From contig OZ242214.1 of NCBI GenBank assembly GCA_965206595.1, positions 3,872,001 to 3,936,000 of the forward strand: a stretch of DNA of 64,000 nucleotides. The letters run 5' to 3'. Source of the DNA: Candidatus Latescibacterota bacterium (lineage in GTDB: Bacteria; Latescibacterota; UBA2968; UBA8231). The notes beneath the pieces are model-generated. The model ran no database searches, was not told the DNA's origin, and worked only from the letters and a program-made list of their open reading frames with translations. A program made the position numbers and the translations under genes. Shown in pieces: positions 8,355 to 17,088 of this stretch. How positions within the stretch are numbered: the first letter of the stretch is position 1; each line of letters begins with the position of its first letter.

Positions 8355-10324
8355 GGGCGCCCTCCAAGCAGGTTCTTTTGCCACAGTTCGCTGGGCAGAA
8401 AACCTTCATCAAGCCATTCTATATAATCATCCGAGGCGAGCGAGCGTGCCCGTGTGCCGTTGTTGTCCGCTTCCAGTACTACCACTTCATCCAGCTCGAA
8501 AGCGTCTATGAGCAACGGCGACTGCGTCGCGACCACGATCTGCCTCTCGTACGACAACGCCTTGATCATCCCTCCAACCAGTGCAATACCCGCCGGATGA
8601 AGTCCGAGCTCGGGCTCGTCGAGAAGTACGAGAGTCGGCAGAATTTCGGACGGGAGGTTCAACATAGTAACCAGCGCGAACAACCGTAACGACCCGTCCG
8701 ACGTCAGATGGGCGCCCAAGGTCTTGTCGCCGTACGTGGACACCCATCGCAACGCGACCTTCCCCCGGACCTCTTGAAGATCGAACCGATCAAACCCCGG
8801 CAATACGCGACCAATGTGATCGCAAATCAGCTCGTATCGCCGCCGGTCCCTTCGCTCCAGGTGCAACAGCACCGCAGCCAGATTGCGGCCGTCACTCGCC
8901 AACCGTTGATAGTCCTGAATATCACAAGGTTTCTTGAATCCCGAGTCTTTTGATGTGTCATGGAATTGGTACACCCGACACTCTCCGAGCAGACGCACGA
9001 TATTTCCTGCCACGCGCGAGTGGATTGTCGCGGGGCGGGGCCGATGGCCGACCTCGACTAACCCCGCCTCGACGCCCCCCGTGCTGCTCTCGATCGGCTG
9101 CCAGTCCGCATTTTCGTGCTCCTCATGTCGCAAGCGGCAGGCTTCGTCCGCAAACAACAGCCGATCTTCGCTTCCGTATTTGAGCGAAAACCGATAGTCG
9201 TAGTAGTCCGCTTCTCCGACCCGTAGGGTAACTTCAACCTCAACGCGCGGCGTTGCCTTGCTGCCGTTGAATAGCTGATCGTCCCCGCCGCCGTGTTCGC
9301 CCACAAAATTTGCCAAACGGCGGGATCCCAGCATGCGATGCATCATCTCGAAGAGCCGGATGACGTTCGACTTGCCGCACCCGTTAGGTCCGATCATGGC
9401 CACCAAGTGCCCCAGCCCGCCCAGTTCCACACACCTAAGAGAGCGGAACCCTCGCACCCGAACAGACTCCACGCACGCGCCCCCGCCGAAGTCGTCCGTG
9501 CCATCGGCTTGAATGATGTATCGAAAGCGCAGTTCGTCGATGTCGTCCTCCCGCGTACTATCCTTCACGTCCAGCACCTGCACTGCGGCGTAGCAGCCGT
9601 TGACGTTACGCAATACGACAATCTCACCCTCGCGGGGTGTCCGTGTACGGCCCCTGTAATCGAGGAACCGCGCGTCAATGATCTGCTCTATCGACGTATA
9701 TCCTGAGGCCAGAGCCACCCCTTCGATCGACGGCGCGTCATTGTAGACATGGATGCTGGTGGAATTGCATTTACTCCACATCGTCTCGAACTTCAGTTCG
9801 CCTCGCCCGATAACGAAATGCTCGACACTGTCGTAGTCCAACTCCGCCTCGCCCACCAGCGCCGTCAGCTGCGGATATTTGGCTCCGCCAGCGCCCCCAC
9901 CTTGCGCCCGATGGTCAAAGAGCTTTTCGCCGATGCCTTCGGCTATTTGCGTAAGCGCGTATTCGTCGGCTCCTTTGCAATCAGTGCCCGAGGGTAATCC
10001 ATCCGGAACGGGAGTGTCATCGAAGCGCAACGGCACCACAGCGCCACTCCGTTTTGAAATCTCAGAGAGGATCAAGCCCCTTTCGTCTCGTTCCCATGCC
10101 CGGTCAAGGTATTGTCTGGATAACAACAAGACGACGAGCTCCGCTCGTTCCAGACCCGCATTCCGGTCTGCATCCGCGATGCGCGGCGCCAACTCGGAGT
10201 TCTCGAAGTAGTCGCAAAAGACCGCTACCCCCTTACGTTGCAGCTCTCGCGTCAGCGTCTCAGCGACGGCGCGTTGTTCGCGAACAAACAAGAGCGCTAC
10301 TTCATGGACCTTGGTAGCGGCCAT
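8351..10324 (-). CDS. Fusion of a TIR domain, an unknown beta-rich domain and an ABC-type (AAA_21-like) ATPase
   Basis: TIR-like N-terminus (VAETLTRELQRKGVAVFCD...LSRQYLDRAWERDE...VPLRFDDTPVP). ATPase motifs: Walker A GPNGCGKSN, signature TSDGSLR, Walker B/D-loop LLDEPELGLHP, and VATQSP. GGAG precedes ATG 10324. Confidence 0.85.
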   Translation of the reverse strand: MAATKVHEVALLFVREQRAVAETLTRELQRKGVAVFCDYFENSELAPRIADADRNAGLERAELVVLLLSRQYLDRAWERDERGLILSEISKRSGAVVPLRFDDTPVPDGLPSGTDCKGADEYALTQIAEGIGEKLFDHRAQGGGAGGAKYPQLTALVGEAELDYDSVEHFVIGRGELKFETMWSKCNSTSIHVYNDAPSIEGVALASGYTSIEQIIDARFLDYRGRTRTPREGEIVVLRNVNGCYAAVQVLDVKDSTREDDIDELRFRYIIQADGTDDFGGGACVESVRVRGFRSLRCVELGGLGHLVAMIGPNGCGKSNVIRLFEMMHRMLGSRRLANFVGEHGGGDDQLFNGSKATPRVEVEVTLRVGEADYYDYRFSLKYGSEDRLLFADEACRLRHEEHENADWQPIESSTGGVEAGLVEVGHRPRPATIHSRVAGNIVRLLGECRVYQFHDTSKDSGFKKPCDIQDYQRLASDGRNLAAVLLHLERRDRRRYELICDHIGRVLPGFDRFDLQEVRGKVALRWVSTYGDKTLGAHLTSDGSLRLFALVTMLNLPSEILPTLVLLDEPELGLHPAGIALVGGMIKALSYERQIVVATQSPLLIDAFELDEVVVLEADNNGTRARSLASDDYIEWLDEGFLPSELWQKNLLGGRP

Positions 10325-10549
10325 ATTGCTCCCTTTCCCTGACTGGATTTCCGGCACGTCGGGACGAACAACGCAGTCATAGCGAATTGCAAACCCCTAT
10401 AGCTGTCAGCACGTCTTTGGCTCCCAGATCCTCGTTCCCGAGGGCAAACAGCCCCTCAACCAATGGTAACATGTAGGTGGCAGCCCTGCCGGTCCTGCGA
10501 GAACACCAGCCGGAAGATGAACAGCACTATCAACCACGTGTTCAGCACG

Positions 10550-10593
10550 TGCGGGCCGAATTCGAACCTGCGACCTTCAGGTTCTGAGCCCGA
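10550..10593 (-). other. Degenerate 3' half of initiator tRNA-Met (att-like remnant)
   Basis: Minus strand reads TCGGGCTCAGAACCTGAAGGTCGCAGGTTCGAATTCGGCCCGCA. This closely follows the tRNA-fMet anticodon and T arms (TCGGGCTCATAACCCGAAGGTC..GGTTCAAATCC). The 5' half and CCA are absent. Confidence 0.7.
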
Positions 10594-10706
10594 ACCCTAC
10601 CCCTCAAAGACCGTACAGCCGCGCACAGTAATCCCCACAGGATCTTCCGCTTCGCCTCCTTGGAGACGCCTTCGACCTCCAGGAACTCTTCCACGGCGTG
10701 GGAGAG

Positions 10707-10759
10707 TATAGGCAAAACAAGGCATCTCTTTGACTATAGGCAAAACAAGGCACCTCTTT
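10707..10759. repeat. Tandem direct repeat, 25-bp unit with 28-bp period
   Basis: TATAGGCAAAACAAGGCA(T/C)CTCTTT at 10707-10731 and 10735-10759. Confidence 0.9.
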
Positions 10760-11229
10760 TTGCCCTCCATCAAGGCGCATTCAGTAGTCCTGTACATGTG
10801 AGTATGCGGGGACTTGGCCTGCAAGATGACCCAGGGCAGGAGATCAGATCGACCTGCTCTTCGCAGTGCTGCGCGAACTCTCAGGCGAGACAAAATCAAC
10901 TCAGTACGGGACGGAGCACTGGTCGGTGCCGTGTTGGCTGTGTTCCTGCGAGTCGTCTACGGCTGATATCGCCGTCCGGCACGGGAGCAGTGCTACGCCA
11001 ATGGCCGCTGCGTGTCGGTGCGAGGTGCAGGCCGAGCTGCCGAATCGCTGTATCTGGTAATGGAAACCGAATTCTGATCGTGGCGGGCCATGCCCCGGTA
11101 AACCGCCGACCTCCGCAACGGCGAAATCGAGTGGCAACACGAACCTGGATGGCTAGATTATTGCCTGCGCCACCCCAGGGTGGTTGCCAGTGACGCGCAG
11201 AGGATTCACACCCCCCGCTGTTTAAAGAC

Positions 11230-11850
11230 GACAGGAACGCTCCTGCTTGTCTTGATTGCTTCCGCTCTCGGTGTGGGTGACGCCTGGGGGTTATCGTCCA
11301 CCGCATCGGAACGCCCTTCTCTGCCACGGAAAGGGACAGCCTGGAGCGCCTCGGCATCGACTTCCGCGAAATCGACTGGACGGCGTCGCTGCTACTCGCT
11401 GCGGTGGAGCAGGATCACTGCAAACCGGTTCATTGCAACCCAACTTTTTCGCCGCTGACAAAGATATCGCCGCCACGCTTCTGATCAGAGACGGTTTCGT
11501 GGGAGTCAGCGCTCCCAGGTTGATCCGGGACCACCGGGTCCTGGTGATGGTCGATCAGGATCCGACCACGGCTTTTTCGTGGCCGGTCATAGCTCCAGAG
11601 AGCTTCGACCAAACCGTCGATCGAACCCCATGGGCTGTGTATCTGGATCTGGGCGGACCTTTCCTCGTGAGAGAAATAAGGCTGCGCCATCTGGCGGACA
11701 GGCCGGACCATTTCCTGGAGGGGTTCACACTTGCCATCAGTGACATGCACGGTGGCGCAGGTCAAAGAAACCACTTCGCGTGAGATCCGCGTGGTCCCGG
11801 CGGAGAGTCCATCCGGGCCGCGGCCTGCCGTGGCTCGCCTGCGGGGCAAC
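11230..11850 (+). pseudogene. Fragment of a secreted protein, frameshifted and truncated
   Basis: A signal-peptide-like LLLVLIASALGVGDAWG and protein-like segments (MVDQDPTTAFSWP...VYLDLGGPFLVREIRLR) lie in different frames. There is no complete ORF. Confidence 0.4.
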
Positions 11851-11877
11851 TATATCAACGGGCTGTCAGACGGGCAC

Positions 11878-12399
11878 TCACTCCTCGTCTCTGGCGCAGA
11901 AGCGAAGCGCATACAGGTCGGCGTCGTACATGACAAACCGCAGACGCACCGGCCGCCCGGCCAGGGGACCCACACCGGCCCCCGATTTCCACTGCACCGC
12001 CAGGTCCGTCTGGTCCTGAAACAGCTCCGCCGAATCCGCTAGCGACAGCCCTGGGAAGGGCCTGCCGTTTTCGTCCTGGACCTCGACGCGGATGCTGCCG
12101 GCCGCGGAGGTGGACATGTTGAGCCGCAGCTGATCGCCGCTGAAGATCAGGGGTTTTGTGATGAACCGGCCGCCGCCGTAGGGCGCCTGCACCGAGGCGA
12201 AGCCATCGAGGCGCAGCGTCAGGCGGCGGATGCAGGAGGTGGGCAAGCGCCAGTGCTCGGTCATGTAGAGCGACAGCTCGGCCGGTCCGGTGCGCACCGG
12301 TTGGTGGAGGACCTGGCGGGCGTCCTGCAGCTCGTCGATGAGGCGGCGGTCGAGCAGCAGCTGGCGGTCGCAGCCGATTGATATGGGTGTTTCCTGCAT
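11878..12399 (-). pseudogene. Glycosyl-hydrolase-like propeller protein with its central domain deleted in frame
   Basis: AGGAGG RBS. The N-terminal PISIGCDRQLLLDRRLI...VLHQPV is joined directly to the family's C-terminal part (ELSLY...LRLDGFASV...GRPVRLRFVMYDADLYALRF). Only 173 aa long. Confidence 0.65.
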
Positions 12400-12478
12400 G
12401 GAGGCCTCCTGGTCGGCAGGTAGTTTGATTTGCACGACATTAAGCACGAACCAGAACCGTAGAGAAGAGAAGACACCC

Positions 12479-13351
12479 ATGGACCGGAACTGCCTGCAGT
12501 ACTGCATGACCGATGAACAGCGGGATCACTTCGAGGATCGGGGATACCTGGTCGTAGAGGATGCCCTCGACGACGACATGCTGGGAAAGCTGCTGGAAGC
12601 CGGCGATCGCGTCGATGCCCGGGAACGGGCTGCGCGGGCTCTGGCCCCGGATTCCCTGATGATGAAGTTCAGGACCATCGTCGAGGACGATCTGTTTCTC
12701 GAACTGCTCGATTGGCCGAAGACCTTCCCGTTGATCTGGGACATTCTCGGCTGGAACGTCCAGCACTACATCTCGCACTTGATCTACTACCCACCCGAAT
12801 CCGGGGATGACGTCGATCCCAAGCCGGGCGCATGGCACCAGGACGGCGGGCGGCCGATCCCCGAAATGGAGCGTCCCCATCCCAGGCTGTCGCTGAAGGT
12901 CGGATTCTGGCTGACCGACATCAGCGCCCCGGACAGCGGGGGGATCAGGATCGTCCCCGAAAGCCACAAACGGGATCAGGCCTCCGATTTTGCCGATGGG
13001 ATGCAGATCCGGGTGAAGGCGGGAACGGCCGTGCTGTTCGACCGGCGGATGTGGCATTCCCGCGGGATCAACACCTCGGAGAGGACCCGGAAAGTGCTGT
13101 TCCTGGGGTACAGCTATCGTTGGCTGCGCGGCCTCGACTACAACCTGATTCCCGGTGAGATTCTCGAGAAGTGCGGTCCGATACGACGGCAGCTGCTCGG
13201 CGACGGGGTGGACGTCAAAGGGTGGTGGCAGCCGACAGAGGAGGACGTTCCCCTGAAGGGCTGGCTGGCCGAGCACATGGGAGAAGAGTACGTCGAGCGG
13301 ATCGGGCAGAAGCAGTGGGAAAGGAAGAAGTGGGAAGTACCTGCCGGCTGA
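12479..13351 (+). CDS. PhyH-family Fe(II)/2OG dioxygenase
   Basis: Motifs MTDEQRDHFEDRGYLVV, WHQDGG, IVPESHK and AGTAVLFDRRMWH...R. Confidence 0.9.
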   Translation: MDRNCLQYCMTDEQRDHFEDRGYLVVEDALDDDMLGKLLEAGDRVDARERAARALAPDSLMMKFRTIVEDDLFLELLDWPKTFPLIWDILGWNVQHYISHLIYYPPESGDDVDPKPGAWHQDGGRPIPEMERPHPRLSLKVGFWLTDISAPDSGGIRIVPESHKRDQASDFADGMQIRVKAGTAVLFDRRMWHSRGINTSERTRKVLFLGYSYRWLRGLDYNLIPGEILEKCGPIRRQLLGDGVDVKGWWQPTEEDVPLKGWLAEHMGEEYVERIGQKQWERKKWEVPAG

Positions 13352-13489
13352 CTGCAAACAGCCGGGCAGCGTCCCTCCCCCGGGATCGGCGACAGGCAAA
13401 GGAGGGCCGGACCCGGAATATTTGCACCGGAGTTCTGACCTGGGCTGAATCAGCCGGCACACGAAAAGCCCGCAAAGGAAGCAAAGAGC

Positions 13490-16030
13490 ATGACCAACGC
13501 GAAGATACTGATCGTCGAAGGGGACAAAGCCGTTGCCGCACACCTGCAGGAGTGCCTGCAAAACCTCGGATACACGGTGTGCGCCGCGGTTTCCCGCGGC
13601 CGCGAGGCGGTAGAGAAAGCCGCGGCCTCGCCGCCCGACCTGGCCCTGGTCGACCTGGGGCTGGAAGGGGAGCTCACCGGCCCGGAAACAGGCGAGCGGA
13701 TCGGGAGCAGGTTCGGCGTTCCGGTGGCGTACCTGATCGACGAAGCCGGGGAAGACCTGCTGCAACGGGCTCAGGCGACCGCTCCCTTCGGCTACGTGCC
13801 GATGCCCTTCGACGAGCGCCAACTGCACCTGTCCATCCTGACCGCCCTCTCCCTGCACGAGAGGGAAAGCAGGCACAGGGAGACGGAGACCCGTCTGAAG
13901 CGAATCATCAGGAAATACAGGGACCTCACCCGGCTCTTGAAAACCGTGTTCGACGGCATGAGCGAGGGCGTGGTTGCCGTCAGCGAGAAGGGCGTGCCGC
14001 TGGTCAACAACGAGAGCGCGCGGAGAATGGCCGGAATCTATCCGAGGGAGGAAGACATCAGCAAATGGCCCGAGAAATACGGTGTCTTTCAACCCGATGG
14101 TAAAGCGGTCCTCAGCGCGGACCGGAATCCCCTGTTGCTGGCTCTGAAGGGCCAGGCCACGGACGGGGTGGAGCTGTTCATCCGCAACGAACTGAAGCCG
14201 GAAGGTTTTCACGTCAGCCTCAACGGCAGGCCCCTGCTGGGAAAAGCAGGGGTTACGAGAGGGGCCGTGGTCGTCCTCCACGATACCACCAGGCTCAAGC
14301 AGACGGAAGCCCAGCTGGAACAGACGATTGCCCGCCTGCAAAACCAGGCCCAACTCATGGACACCTTGTTGAACAGCATGGGAGAGGGCGTGGTCGCCAT
14401 GGGGGAAGACGGGACCCTCCTGTTCTACAATGAGAGCGGGCGGCAGATAGGCGGCGATCATCCGCTGGAGGAAGATATCGCCAAGTGGCCCACGACATAC
14501 GGCCTTTTTCAACCCGATGGAGAAACGATCCTCCCCGAGGAGCTGAATCCGCTGTGGCTTGCCGTGAAGGGCCGGGCCACGGACGATGTCGACCTGTTCA
14601 TACGCAACGAGCAGAGGCCGGATGGTGTCTACGTCAGTGTCACCGGCAGGCCCCTGGTGAGCAGTCCGGGCGCTCCGAAAGGGGGAATGGTCGTCATCCG
14701 CGACGTCACCCGGGTCAAGCTGGCGGAAGCCGAGCTCGAACGGACGCTTGCCCTGCAGCAGGAACAGACCCGGCTCATGGAGACCACCTTCAAAAGCATC
14801 AGCGACGGCATCGTCGTCGCCGACGCGGAGGGGAAATTCCTCTACGTCAATCCCGGTGCCGAACAGATCGTCGGCATGGGCATAGAGGACGGGCCGCCGG
14901 ACGAGTGGGCAGGGAAGTACGGTGTTTGCCATCCCGACCGGAAGACACCGATGAAGACGGAGGATCTGCCGCTGATCCGCGCCATCCACCGCGGCGAGTC
15001 CACCGACGAGGAGGACATCTTCATCCGCAATCCGAAGAATCGGAAGGGCGTCTACATCCGGGTGAGCGCGCGGCCGCTGCTCGACAAGATCGGCGGCATC
15101 CGGGGAGGCGTGATCATCTTCCGCGACGTCACCCGGCGCAGACTCGCCGAGGAGGCGCTGGCGAGGGCCTTCGCGCAGGGGCGGTCGGAGATCGTCGAAA
15201 CCATTCTCCACAACATCGGCAACGCCATCAACAGCGTCACCACGGGCATCGAGACCGTGCGCCGGAACCTGGTGAACGACCCGGTCGGCCGCCGTCTCTC
15301 CGCCCTGGCCGCGGCGGTGCGGGAGCACCGGGAGGACTGGCTCGACTACATCGCCAACGACCCGCAGGGCCGCAAGGTGATGCCCTTCATCGTCGAGCTC
15401 GCCGAAGGCTCTTCCAGGCGCAACGAAGAGCTGATGAAGACGGTGGGCCGCGTCCGCGACCGGGCCAACCATATCGCCGACATCGTCCGCACCCAGAAGG
15501 GGCTGGCCCGTCCCGGCAGCATGGATCGCAAGGACATCGACCTGCCCAAGGCGCTCGCCGGCGCCGTCAGGGTGTTGAGGGACTCGCTCGATCAGAGGGG
15601 CATCCAGGTCGCCATCGACTGCGACGGCGCGCCCCGGCGGATCCGCATCCAGGAGAGCCAGTTCCACCAGATGCTGGTCAACCTGGTCAAGAATTCCTTC
15701 GAAGCCATCGACGAGCTCGCCGCCGCGCAGGGACTCGACGACACCCCCCTCATCCGCATCAGGGCCAGCGCCGGGGAGGAATTCCTCGACCTCGAAGTGG
15801 CCGACAACGGCATCGGCATCGGCAACAAGGACACCAAGGAGCTTTTCTCCCCCGGCTACACGACGAAACAGTCGGGGAGCGGGCTCGGTCTCCATTCGGC
15901 CGCCAACTTCGTCATTGCCATAGGAGGGCGCATTCAGCCGTTGAGCGAGGGCACCGGAAAGGGAACGACCATGCGCGTGACGCTGCCGCTTTCCGCGGTC
16001 GCTCCCCACGCAACCGCGGGAGCCGATTAG
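13490..16030 (+). CDS. Hybrid sensor histidine kinase (REC-PAS-PAS-PAS-HisKA-HATPase)
   Basis: REC motifs ILIVE and DLALVD; three PAS repeats (M/IS.GVV..D); H-box ILHNIGN; N-box NLVKNS; VADNGIGI; GSGLGL. Confidence 0.92.
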   Translation: MTNAKILIVEGDKAVAAHLQECLQNLGYTVCAAVSRGREAVEKAAASPPDLALVDLGLEGELTGPETGERIGSRFGVPVAYLIDEAGEDLLQRAQATAPFGYVPMPFDERQLHLSILTALSLHERESRHRETETRLKRIIRKYRDLTRLLKTVFDGMSEGVVAVSEKGVPLVNNESARRMAGIYPREEDISKWPEKYGVFQPDGKAVLSADRNPLLLALKGQATDGVELFIRNELKPEGFHVSLNGRPLLGKAGVTRGAVVVLHDTTRLKQTEAQLEQTIARLQNQAQLMDTLLNSMGEGVVAMGEDGTLLFYNESGRQIGGDHPLEEDIAKWPTTYGLFQPDGETILPEELNPLWLAVKGRATDDVDLFIRNEQRPDGVYVSVTGRPLVSSPGAPKGGMVVIRDVTRVKLAEAELERTLALQQEQTRLMETTFKSISDGIVVADAEGKFLYVNPGAEQIVGMGIEDGPPDEWAGKYGVCHPDRKTPMKTEDLPLIRAIHRGESTDEEDIFIRNPKNRKGVYIRVSARPLLDKIGGIRGGVIIFRDVTRRRLAEEALARAFAQGRSEIVETILHNIGNAINSVTTGIETVRRNLVNDPVGRRLSALAAAVREHREDWLDYIANDPQGRKVMPFIVELAEGSSRRNEELMKTVGRVRDRANHIADIVRTQKGLARPGSMDRKDIDLPKALAGAVRVLRDSLDQRGIQVAIDCDGAPRRIRIQESQFHQMLVNLVKNSFEAIDELAAAQGLDDTPLIRIRASAGEEFLDLEVADNGIGIGNKDTKELFSPGYTTKQSGSGLGLHSAANFVIAIGGRIQPLSEGTGKGTTMRVTLPLSAVAPHATAGAD

Positions 16031-16140
16031 CTGGAAACCGGTCCGATGCGCCCGTTGCAGGCCGGGAGCGGGCCCGGTGAATTCCTTGCCTGTGCGAAGA
16101 ATGAATCGCTAATTTGTCGATGAGAAACAGGGGAGCTGCC

Positions 16141-16425
16141 ATGAGCCTGATCGTCTCGGAAGTCTACGATGCGCTGATCGAAGCGGGTACGTCCGAAGAG
16201 AAAGCCAAGGCCGCCGCCGGGGCCATACCCCTGGCCGAGCGGCTGGTCACCAAGGAGGACCTGGACGAGCTGAAAGCGAGCTTCGATGAGCGCTTTGGCA
16301 AAATCGATGAGCGCCTTGGCAAAATCGATGAGCGCTTTGGCAAAATCGAGCGCGACCTCGGCCTGCTCAAGTTCGGCTACGGCCCGGCCATCCTGGCCCT
16401 GCTCGTCAAGATCGCCTTCTTCTAG
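16141..16425 (+). CDS. Small head-neck-stalk-anchor coiled-coil membrane protein (DUF1640/CCDC90-like)
   Basis: Head EVYDALIEAG, neck LVTKEDL, heptad stalk (F/L)GKIDER and a C-terminal TM segment. GGAG RBS. Confidence 0.7.
   Translation: MSLIVSEVYDALIEAGTSEEKAKAAAGAIPLAERLVTKEDLDELKASFDERFGKIDERLGKIDERFGKIERDLGLLKFGYGPAILALLVKIAFF
16285..16353 (+). repeat. 21-bp coding tandem repeat, about 3 copies
   Basis: GATGAGCGC(T/C)TTGGCAAAATC repeated; each unit encodes one heptad. Confidence 0.9.
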
Positions 16426-16463
16426 CGCCGTCCTCACGGACGGACCCCCCGTGGCCGTTGATG

Positions 16464-16488
16464 GGCCGGTTCGCGCCGTGAACCGGCC
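16464..16488. terminator. GC-rich hairpin downstream of the small gene
   Basis: GGCCGGTTC-N7-GAACCGGCC. There is no U-tract, so terminator function is uncertain. Confidence 0.35.
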
Positions 16489-16684
16489 GGGGCGCCGGTA
16501 CCGAGGCCGCCGCCGCCAAGCCCCCCGCCGCCGCCAGGCCGCCGCCGCGGCCCTCCGGTTTCCCCCCACCCTGTAGCCTCATCTGGACGACACCCCCCTT
16601 CTCTTTCAAGATTACGCGGGCAGCACACGTACATCTGTGGTTGCTAACGTGTGTTGTTCCCGGGACCGGGGCGCCACTGCCGCT

Positions 16685-16933
16685 GTGTTGCAAAATGCGA
16701 CTTGAGTCTCAAATTGCCACACAGCCTCTGTCCCACCCTCGGATTTTCCCCATAACTCCTTTGTAGACATCCAGTTATACCCCCTGTTACTGCAAAAATG
16801 CGGCCTTTCGGCGGCTTTCCGTGAAGCATTTTGCAACACGCCGGCCGAAATCCAATCGTTCAGGAAAAGCGCTCCAACTCCTTTAACTACAATAAGTTGG
16901 ACCTTTTTATTCGAGAGCGGCACGGATTTTGCG
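16685..16933 (+). promoter_or_regulatory. Sigma54 promoter with upstream dyad boxes (kinase 2/bEBP operon)
   Basis: CGGCACGGATTTTGC (GG-N10-GC) at 16918-16932. Boxes GTTGCAAAATGCGAC at 16687, GTCTCAAATTGCCAC at 16706 and an inverted box at 16823-16837. YAACTCCTT-N7-ANNNAGTTR elements at 16753 and 16875. Confidence 0.75.
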
Positions 16934-17088
16934 GTTCATATACCGGTCATTTGCCCGATTTAGACTGATTTGCCCGATTTCCACGCTGGCACGGCGGCCG
17001 GCCGCCGTGCGCGGGGTCGTCGATTCTCGCGGAACGGCCGCTGCTGATACATCCGCCCCCGTGAGATGCCCGGAAAGGACGCAACCAG

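Noticed and set aside
10550-10593. Functional tRNA-Leu(CAG)
   Set aside because: There is no 5' acceptor strand, D arm, long variable arm or CCA, and the body matches tRNA-fMet.
13455-13469. Sigma54 promoter before kinase 1 (CGGCACACGAAAAGC)
   Set aside because: The spacing fits, but it lacks the T before GC and the upstream boxes, and it lies very close to the ATG.
12440-16009. 1189-aa minus-strand ORF, and similar ones at 16960-19014, 19033-21060 and 40424-47740
   Set aside because: These are antisense shadows of well-supported high-GC genes and have no recognisable motifs.
16505-16555. GCC-rich tract as a G-quadruplex or microsatellite
   Set aside because: It is short, imperfect and unremarkable at this GC content.
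16988-17003. TGGCAC as a second sigma54 -24 element
   Set aside because: There is no GC at the -12 position.
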